DNA of 64,000 nt, taken from NCBI GenBank assembly GCA_047971685.1, contig JBKDZW010000089.1, positions 4,488 through 68,487 on the forward strand, read 5' to 3'. Made by a program: the position numbers and the translations under genes. The stretch's first letter is position 1. Every line of letters begins with the position of its first letter. This DNA is from Rhodoblastus sp. Its GTDB lineage: Bacteria > Pseudomonadota > Alphaproteobacteria > Rhizobiales > Beijerinckiaceae. Below the pieces are notes generated by a model, which saw only the letters and a program-made list of their open reading frames with translations, did not search any database and had not been told where the DNA came from. Of this stretch, positions 53,824-60,663 are shown piece by piece.

Positions 53824-54617
53824 GTCCTGCGCCGCGCTCCATCCTGATTACCGGCGCCTCCAGCGGCATTGGCCGGGCGCTTGCCCGCGAATATGCCGCG
53901 CCCGGCGTACGGCTGACGCTGGTTGGCCGCGACGGCGCGCGGCTTTCGGCCGCCGCCTCGGAATGCCGCGTCAAGGGCGCGGAAGTCGAAATCGGCCAGG
54001 TGGATGTGCGCGACCGGCAGGGCATGCACGATTTCTTGCGCGCTGCGGATGCAAAAGCGCCGCTCGATCTGGTGGTCGCCAACGCCGGCGTCAACACCGG
54101 CCTGCCGGCAGGCGCGCTCGCCGAAGATCCGGAAGCTGTGCGCGGCATTTTCGCGATCAACCTCCTCGGCGTTTTCAACACGGTGGAACCCATGATCGAG
54201 CCGATGGCCGCGCGTGGAAAAGGCGTGATCGCGATGACCGGCTCGATCGCCGCCGTGCGCGGCCTGCCCTATTCGCCGTCCTATTGCGCGACCAAGGCGG
54301 CGGTCCATCTTTACGCGGAATCCTTGCGCGGAACGCTCGCCCGCAAGGGCGTGACGGTCAGCCTGATCGTGCCGGGCTTCGTCCATACCGCGCTCAACGA
54401 GAAGCTGACCTCGCCGAAGCCGCTCGCCATGACCGACGAGCGCGCCGCGCGCATCGTCCGGCGCGGGCTCGACCGGCGCAAGGCCAACATCGTCTTCCCG
54501 CGCCTGCTGTATTGGGGGGCGCGGCTGCTGACGGTCCTGCCGGCGCGGCTCGTCGATTTCTTCATGGTGCGCCAGTATGTCGACGTGCCGGTCACGCGCG
54601 AGAGGATGACGCCTTGA
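53820..54617 (+). CDS. Classical SDR oxidoreductase (ketoacyl-ACP reductase or 3-ketosphinganine/oxo-ceramide reductase candidate)
   Basis: TGASSGIGRALA Rossmann motif, NAG motif, and catalytic S…YCATK. Confidence 0.88.
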   Translation: MSPAPRSILITGASSGIGRALAREYAAPGVRLTLVGRDGARLSAAASECRVKGAEVEIGQVDVRDRQGMHDFLRAADAKAPLDLVVANAGVNTGLPAGALAEDPEAVRGIFAINLLGVFNTVEPMIEPMAARGKGVIAMTGSIAAVRGLPYSPSYCATKAAVHLYAESLRGTLARKGVTVSLIVPGFVHTALNEKLTSPKPLAMTDERAARIVRRGLDRRKANIVFPRLLYWGARLLTVLPARLVDFFMVRQYVDVPVTRERMTP

Positions 54618-55786
54618 ACGTCGCTCTCGACATCCTGCGTTGGGCCACGCTCGTTTTCTGCGCGATCTCGCTCGCCGGCCTCGTGCTGACCGTAGCGCTC
54701 GGACTGATCTCGCCGCTGATCCATGCGCGCCGCGCGCGCAGGTCCGATCTGCCGCCGATCAGCTTTATCCTGCCTATCAAGGACTGGGCGACAAGCTTCG
54801 GTCCTTCGCAATCCTCGGTCTTTGCGCTCGACTATCCCGAATATGACGTGACCGCGACGGCGGCGGAGGCCGAATCGCAGGCCGTAACGGCGATGCGCGA
54901 CATTATTGCCGCCCATCCCGACCGCCCGGCCAAACTGGTGCAATCGACGGCCAGCTTTGCCGTCAGCCCCAAGGTCAACAATATTTACAGCGCGATCGAG
55001 GAGGCCAGATACGATCTCATCGCCACCAAGGATTGCAACATCGTGTTGCCGCCGCGCACCGCGCGCATGGCGGTCGCCGCCATGACCGAGAACGTGGGGC
55101 TTGTGACCGCCATAACCGAGGCGCGCGGCGCGACCTCGCTGGCGGCGCGGATCGAGGCCTCGATCATGAACCAGTCGCATGCGCGCTATCTTCACGCAGC
55201 GGCCGCGCTGGGGCTCGGTTTCGGGCTCGGCAAGCTGATGATCTTCAAGCGCTCGGATCTGCACCGGGCCGGCGGTTTTGAAGCCATCGCCCATACCGTG
55301 GGCGAGGATTCGGCGACCGCCCATGCGCTTGCAGGCATCGGCCTGCGCACGGTCATCATCGGCGCGCCGATCTATCAGGTGCTGGGCGCGCGCAAATTCG
55401 GCGATATGCACAACCGTCAGATGCGCTGGGCCGTCATAAGGCGCCAGAACGAACTGGCCGGTTTTCTGGCCGAACCTTTCGGCCTGTCGGTCTTTGTGGC
55501 GCTGGCGGCGGCTTTTGCGGCGCCGCTTCTTGGCTGGAGCGCGCCGGGCGCCTTTCTGGCGACGCTCGTCTTCTGGTTTGCCTGCGAAACCGCGCTTGCC
55601 TTGGCGCGGGGCTGGGATGTATCGGTGAGCGCGCCCTTCGTCATGGTCGCCCGCGATGCGATGATGGCTTCGGTCTGGCTGCGCGCCTGGTTCACCAGGC
55701 GGGTCGTCTGGGCGGCCGAAGTTTACGAGGCGCAGCAGGAGCGTGGCTCGATGCCTGCCCCCGCCCAGAAAAGGAATGATGCGTGA
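54614..55786 (+). CDS. GT21-family glycosyltransferase (ceramide glucosyltransferase / UGCG-like)
   Basis: A TTG start overlaps the SDR stop (TTGA). Regions align by eye to human UGCG: LPPISFILPIK…FALDYPEYDV, SPKVNNIYSAIEEARYDLIATKDCNIVLPP, MTENVGLVTAI, GEDSATAHAL, and Q-x-RW (NRQMRWAVIRR). The 661-aa ORF in the track includes an out-of-frame leader. Confidence 0.8.
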   Translation: MNVALDILRWATLVFCAISLAGLVLTVALGLISPLIHARRARRSDLPPISFILPIKDWATSFGPSQSSVFALDYPEYDVTATAAEAESQAVTAMRDIIAAHPDRPAKLVQSTASFAVSPKVNNIYSAIEEARYDLIATKDCNIVLPPRTARMAVAAMTENVGLVTAITEARGATSLAARIEASIMNQSHARYLHAAAALGLGFGLGKLMIFKRSDLHRAGGFEAIAHTVGEDSATAHALAGIGLRTVIIGAPIYQVLGARKFGDMHNRQMRWAVIRRQNELAGFLAEPFGLSVFVALAAAFAAPLLGWSAPGAFLATLVFWFACETALALARGWDVSVSAPFVMVARDAMMASVWLRAWFTRRVVWAAEVYEAQQERGSMPAPAQKRNDA

Positions 55787-57060
55787 CGGCGCAAGGATTG
55801 CTCGTCGGATTGATCGACATTGCGCTCACGCTATGCGTTCTCGGCATGGCGGCGATTGGCGCGAGCCTGCTCGTTCTGGTGGTTCGCTTTCTCTACGACC
55901 AGGCGCGCGGCGCAGGCGACGGTTCACGCGACGTCGCGCCGCTGGCGGAAGCCGACCTGCCGCATGTCGTCCTGCAAATTCCCGTTTTCAACGAGCCGCG
56001 CGTGGTGATCGGCGCCCTGCGCGCCGCCGCCGCGCTCGATTGGCCGCGCGAAAAACTGCACCTTCAATTGCTCGACGATTCCACCGACGAGACCACCGAG
56101 CGCGCCGCCGAACTGATCGCGGAATTGCGCGCCGAGGGCCACGACGTGCGCCATGTGCGCCGCGAGGACCGCACGGGCTTCAAGGCCGGCGCGTGCGCCG
56201 CCGGTCTGGCGCTCGACGATTCGCCGTTCGTGGCGATGCTCGATGTCGATTTCCGCCCGCCGGCCGACTGGCTGCGCAAGGCCATTCCCGTCATCGTCGG
56301 CGATCCCAAGGCCGGCTTCGTGCAGGCGCGCTGCGAATTCGCCAATTACCGCAAAAACTGGCTGACGCGCGTACAGGGCCTGATCCTCGACGGCCATTTC
56401 ATGATCGAGCAGCGCACCCGCGCCAATCTCGGCTGGCTGTTCCAGTTCAACGGCACGGGCGGCATATGGCGGCGCGCAGCCATCGATTCGGTCGGCGGCT
56501 GGCAGGATTATTCGCTGACCGAAGACCTCGACCTCACCATCCGCACCGCGCTTGCCGGCTGGCACGGCCGGTTCATTTCCGAGCCCGCCAGTCCCGGCCA
56601 GATGCCCGAGGGCATGCGCGACTGGCGCCGCCAGCAGCGCCGCTGGTCCAACGGCTTCATTCAGGTCGCCCAGCGGACGCTCGGACCGATCTGGACCGCG
56701 CCATGGAGCCTGGCCGAACGCCTGTCCTCGATCATGCTCGTGCTGCATCAGGTGTTCTTTCCGTTGTGCGCGGGCGCAATCATCCTCATCATTCTCGGCA
56801 TTCTGGCGCGAGGAATCTCGATTGCAGCCTATCTGCCGCTGTTCGGCCTGATCTTCCTGATGGTCTGCGCGGTCGTGATCGGCATGACCCTGCCGCCCTC
56901 TCTCGCGCTCAAGCGTGGGTCGTTCTGGCGCTATCTCGCCACCATGGCCATGCTGCCGCCGCTGTTCATCTATCTGGCCGTCGCCAATGCGCCGAAAATC
57001 ATCCAGACCGCGCGCGGGCGGCAGGAGCATTTCAAGCGCACGCCCAAGAAAGAGCATTAA
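55783..57060 (+). CDS. Family 2 glycosyltransferase, processive type (CslA / MGlcDG-synthase-like), membrane-embedded
   Basis: A GTG start overlaps the GT21 stop (GTGA). Motifs: …VVLQIPVFNE…, LLDDSTD, MLDVDF, TEDLDL and QQRRW (QxxRW). N-terminal and multiple C-terminal TM segments. Confidence 0.87.
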   Translation: MTAQGLLVGLIDIALTLCVLGMAAIGASLLVLVVRFLYDQARGAGDGSRDVAPLAEADLPHVVLQIPVFNEPRVVIGALRAAAALDWPREKLHLQLLDDSTDETTERAAELIAELRAEGHDVRHVRREDRTGFKAGACAAGLALDDSPFVAMLDVDFRPPADWLRKAIPVIVGDPKAGFVQARCEFANYRKNWLTRVQGLILDGHFMIEQRTRANLGWLFQFNGTGGIWRRAAIDSVGGWQDYSLTEDLDLTIRTALAGWHGRFISEPASPGQMPEGMRDWRRQQRRWSNGFIQVAQRTLGPIWTAPWSLAERLSSIMLVLHQVFFPLCAGAIILIILGILARGISIAAYLPLFGLIFLMVCAVVIGMTLPPSLALKRGSFWRYLATMAMLPPLFIYLAVANAPKIIQTARGRQEHFKRTPKKEH

Positions 57061-57259
57061 CGCAACCTGCCCACGGCAATTTCACGGGGCGCGGTCGGAG
57101 ACGGCCGAAGACGGGCAGGCGCAGCCCTTGCCGCTTCGGCATCGTTTGCAGCAGACCTGCCTCGCGCCGTTTGCGGACCGTCTGCGCTTGGCGCGGCAGG
57201 AAGGCGCTTGCTAGTCTTGCCTCGATAATCTGCCTGGAACCAGAACCTTCATGTCGCAG

Positions 57260-57334
57260 GAACGCCTGAAAGGCGCCTTTTAAAGAACGCCTGAAGGGCG
57301 CGTTTTAAAGAACGCCTGAAAGGCGCGTCGCGAA
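57260..57334. repeat. 25-bp tandem repeat, 3 copies, each unit containing a small hairpin plus T-run
   Basis: GAACGCCTGAAAGGCGCCTTTTAAA-type units at 57260-57284, 57285-57309 and 57310-57334. Each has the stem CGCCT-GAA-AGGCG. Confidence 0.92.
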
Positions 57335-57455
57335 GGATGGCCAAAGGCCCGGAAACCCGGCTTGTGTTTCGGGACGGGCGCCTTGCGGCCCTCCGGCATG
57401 AAGGGCCGGGGCGGCCGGAGTTTCCCTCCAGGCTCCGATAAACGGGAGGATCGGC

Positions 57456-58907
57456 ATGGACGACAAACTTGCATTCGCCTCGGCGGCCACGCTCGCAAAA
57501 CTGGTGCGCGAAAAAAAGGTCGGGGCGGTCGAACTTCTGGAATTCTTTCTTGCGCGCGTCGAACGCCACAATCCCACTCTCAACGCCATCATCGTCCAGC
57601 GCGCGGACGCCGCCAGAAAAGAGGCTGCGGCCTGCGACGCCATGACCGCGAAAGGCCAGTCGATGGGGGCGCTGCACGGCGTGCCCATGACGGTCAAGGA
57701 ATCCTTCGATGTCGCGGGCACGCCGTCCACCTGGGGATTGACGGCGTTCCGCGACAATATCGCGGCCAGGGACGCGCTTTCCGTCGAGCGGTTGAAGGGC
57801 GCTGGCGCGGTCGTTTTCGGCAAGACCAATGTGCCGGCCTGGCTTGCCGACTGGCAATCGTTCAACCCGATCTACGGCACGACCAACAATCCCTGGAATG
57901 TCGGGCGCACGCCGGGCGGTTCTTCAGGCGGCAGCGCGGCGGCGCTGGCGGCGGGACTCACGGGGCTGGAGATAGGCAGCGACATCGGCGCCTCCATCCG
58001 CGATCCCGCCCATTATTGCGGGGTTTACGGCCACAAGCCGACCTTCGACATCTGCCCGCGCGACGGCCATCTCCTGCCCGGCGCCTATGCCCACGGCGAT
58101 ATTTCCGTGATCGGCCCGCTGGCGCGCTCGGCCTACGATCTGGAGACCGCGCTCGACATTATCGCAGGGCCCAATGCGCTCGAGGCCACGGGGCTGCGCC
58201 TGGAATTGCCGCGCTCGAAAAAGACGAAACTGTCGGAGTTTCGCGTCGCCGTCATGCCTTCGGCCGACACCGCGCCGGTCGATGGCGCCGTGCGTGAAAA
58301 AATCGAGGAGCTTGCCGGTTTTCTGGAAGGCCAGGGCGCCCATGTCGATCGCGCCGCGCGCCCCGTCGATCCAGCCGCCGCGCACGAGACCTACATCATG
58401 CTCCTGCGCTCGGCGACCAGCGGCGCGCTCGATGACGCGGTTTACGAAAAATTGCTGGCTGCGCGAAAAGAGGTTGCAGGGCGCAACGATTATTTCGCCT
58501 GGCATGCGCGCGCAAACACGATGGGCCATCGCGAATGGCTGCGCTGGAACAATGCCCGCGCGAAAATGCGGCTCGACTGGCAGGCGTTTTTTACCCGCTT
58601 CGATCTCCTGCTCTGCCCGACCGCCACGACAACCGCGTTTCCGCACATGCAGACCGGCGAGCGCTGGGAACGCATGATTTCGGTCGACGGCAAGGACCAG
58701 CCGACGACGACGCAGCTTTTCTGGGCGGGCTATTCCGGCATGGTCGATCTGCCATCGACCATCGCGCCGCTCGGGCTGGCGAAAGACGGCCTGCCGGTCG
58801 GCGTGCAGATCGTGGCGCCGGCCTATCGGGATCACAGCGCCATCCGCTTCGCGCAATTGCTGGAAGACCGGTATCGCGCGTTCGAGCCGCCGCCGGGGTT
58901 TGCATAA
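57456..58907 (+). CDS. Amidase-signature (AS) family amidase
   Basis: AS motif GGSSGGSAAALAAG, catalytic Lys context VPMTVKESF, and …GSDIGASIRDPA…. RBS GGGAGGA. Confidence 0.9.
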   Translation: MDDKLAFASAATLAKLVREKKVGAVELLEFFLARVERHNPTLNAIIVQRADAARKEAAACDAMTAKGQSMGALHGVPMTVKESFDVAGTPSTWGLTAFRDNIAARDALSVERLKGAGAVVFGKTNVPAWLADWQSFNPIYGTTNNPWNVGRTPGGSSGGSAAALAAGLTGLEIGSDIGASIRDPAHYCGVYGHKPTFDICPRDGHLLPGAYAHGDISVIGPLARSAYDLETALDIIAGPNALEATGLRLELPRSKKTKLSEFRVAVMPSADTAPVDGAVREKIEELAGFLEGQGAHVDRAARPVDPAAAHETYIMLLRSATSGALDDAVYEKLLAARKEVAGRNDYFAWHARANTMGHREWLRWNNARAKMRLDWQAFFTRFDLLLCPTATTTAFPHMQTGERWERMISVDGKDQPTTTQLFWAGYSGMVDLPSTIAPLGLAKDGLPVGVQIVAPAYRDHSAIRFAQLLEDRYRAFEPPPGFA

Positions 58908-58939
58908 GACCGGCCAGTCGGCCAGCCATGGCGGCGGGA

Positions 58940-59626
58940 TCAGAGCGGCTTGTCGCCGGGCTTGTCGTCCTTGGCATAGCCGGTGCCGAACACATCGTCC
59001 CAATAAGGGCAGCTCACGCCATAGCCGCGGTCGGGATCGCGGAAATGATGCAGGAGGTGCGCACGGCGCAGGATCTGCTCGACCCTGGTGTGCGGCGGGC
59101 GGTGATGAATGTGGTAGTGGATCTCGTCGTAGAGCACGTAGCCGACGAGGAAGCCGGCCGTGATCGAATAGGACAGAGGCTCCGGAAACAGCAGGGTGAT
59201 CACGACATAAGCGAGCGCCATCAGCGGCACGCTCATCAGCAGGGGCATGACGAGGCGCAGGGGATCGCTCGGATGCACGTGATGCACGCCGTGCAGCAGG
59301 AAGTGGATGCGCTCGCCGATCCTGCCGGGAAATTCCGTGTGAAAGACCCAGCGATGGAAGACATATTCGCAGAGCGTCCAGGCGATATAGCCGAAGATCA
59401 GGCAGGCGATGGTGATGAACGCCGGTTGCCCCCTGGCGCCGAGCCAGCCGAGCCAGGCGGCGAAGGGAAGATAGAACAGCGGCGCCCACCAGGGTACGCG
59501 CGAAAGCAGGTCCAGCACACGATTGTCGAAAATGCGCGGCGAGGCCGCCAGAAGCTCGGCCTTGCTCATGCCCTGCGTCGACATATGCGCGTATGGGTCG
59601 CGCGCGGTTTGCGTCGTGTCGCTCAT
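58940..59626 (-). CDS. Fatty acid 2-hydroxylase (FA2H/Scs7-like, fatty-acid hydroxylase superfamily) lacking a cytochrome b5 domain
   Basis: His boxes and flanks align by eye with human FA2H: WTLCEYVFHRWVFH, HFLLHGVHHVHPSDPLRLVMP, GYVLYDEIHYHIHH and LRRAHLLHHF…GYGVS…WDDVFGT. Confidence 0.85.
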   Translation of the reverse strand: MSDTTQTARDPYAHMSTQGMSKAELLAASPRIFDNRVLDLLSRVPWWAPLFYLPFAAWLGWLGARGQPAFITIACLIFGYIAWTLCEYVFHRWVFHTEFPGRIGERIHFLLHGVHHVHPSDPLRLVMPLLMSVPLMALAYVVITLLFPEPLSYSITAGFLVGYVLYDEIHYHIHHRPPHTRVEQILRRAHLLHHFRDPDRGYGVSCPYWDDVFGTGYAKDDKPGDKPL

Positions 59627-59636
59627 GCCAGTCTCC

Positions 59637-60647
59637 TCACGCCGCCGCAGTCGGCGCGCTTGTCGCCGGCGCCGGCGTACTTGCCGCCGGCGCCGCGCCG
59701 AGATTCTCGGTGCGCGACATCAGCGAATATCGCGGGTTGAAGATGAAATCGAAGAACAGTTTCACCCAGGATTTGTGGGCGTGCAGGTTATTGTAGAATT
59801 CCGGCGCCGTGGCCTTCAACCTGGGCAGCAGGGCCCAGGGGATTTCCTGAAAATCGTGATGTTCGTTGTGATAGCCGATGTTGAGCGCGAAGAAGTTCAG
59901 GGGGCCGTAGTAATCGAACGTGCCCTGCCCCGGCCAGGCCGCGTAATGCTCCTGAATCCAGCGCGCGCCCAGCGGATGCAGGCCGACCGAGAACCAGAAG
60001 GAAGCAAACAGGTAAAACAGCGCATTGCCGCCGAGGAAATACCAGACCGCGATGTCGAAGACCGCGATGACGGCGAAATTGACGTAGGTCCACAGGCCCC
60101 AGATCGGCACCGTGCCCTTGAGGCGGTAGATGCGGGTGAGCTGCATCACGGGGAAGAAGAACAGCCACAGGGCTTTGCGCCACCAGACATTGCCGACGAG
60201 TTTTGCCTCCCAGCCGGAGGGCACGTCGGCGTCGTAATCGTAGCTGGACAGATGCGAATGGTGCTTCACATGGTAGCAGCGAAAGCCCATGGCGGTCGGA
60301 AAGGCGTTGGGCAGATCGGCCAGAATCGCATTCCATTTGTTGAGCGTGGGGCTCTGGAACACGGCGTTGTGGATGGAATCGTGAATGATCACGAACATGG
60401 CGTGATTGGCGAATGCGCCGATTCCATAGGCGAGCAGCAGGGTCGCCCACCAATAGGACATGCCGAGATAGCCCATCCAGGCGGCGATCGCGACTTGCAG
60501 GACGAATACGCCGGCGGTGATCCAGAAGGTTCTGATGTCGCGCACCATGAGCTGGGCCACTTCCGGATGGGCGGCCAGGATCGCCTTGCGGCGATCGACA
60601 TGGCTTCGGTCGACGCCGAGAGCGGTAACGGGAACGCTCATGTTCAT
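59637..60647 (-). CDS. Sphingolipid Delta4-desaturase (DEGS1/Des1-like; Lipid_DES N-terminal region plus FA desaturase domain)
   Basis: Collinear by eye with human DEGS1: HVDRRKAILAAHPEVAQLM, NHAMFVIIHDSIHNAVF, FRCYHVKHHSHL, GLHPLGARWIQEHY, YYGPLNFFALNIGYHNEHHDFQEIP and SWVKLFFDFIFNPRYSLMSR. It carries an extra Ala/Pro/Thr-rich C-terminal tail. Confidence 0.9.
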   Translation of the reverse strand: MNMSVPVTALGVDRSHVDRRKAILAAHPEVAQLMVRDIRTFWITAGVFVLQVAIAAWMGYLGMSYWWATLLLAYGIGAFANHAMFVIIHDSIHNAVFQSPTLNKWNAILADLPNAFPTAMGFRCYHVKHHSHLSSYDYDADVPSGWEAKLVGNVWWRKALWLFFFPVMQLTRIYRLKGTVPIWGLWTYVNFAVIAVFDIAVWYFLGGNALFYLFASFWFSVGLHPLGARWIQEHYAAWPGQGTFDYYGPLNFFALNIGYHNEHHDFQEIPWALLPRLKATAPEFYNNLHAHKSWVKLFFDFIFNPRYSLMSRTENLGAAPAASTPAPATSAPTAAA

Positions 60648-60663
60648 GTCTGTCTTTCCCGCC

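Noticed and set aside
51505-54617. An aryl-polyene (APE) or rhizobial acpXL very-long-chain fatty-acid cluster.
   Set aside because: APE clusters need a KS/CLF pair, an adenylating enzyme, a thioesterase, LolA-like proteins and an MMPL protein. acpXL clusters have two KAS genes, FabZ-type dehydratases and the LpxXL acyltransferase. None of these accessory genes is present.
51505-57060. The ACP-KAS-GT2 plus ABC-2 exporter as a Nod-factor-like (nodFE-nodC-nodIJ) cluster.
   Set aside because: There are no NodA (N-acyltransferase) or NodB (deacetylase) homologs. The GT2 resembles CslA/lipid glycosyltransferases rather than chitin-oligosaccharide synthase NodC. The neighbouring spt/DEGS/FA2H genes point to a different lipid.
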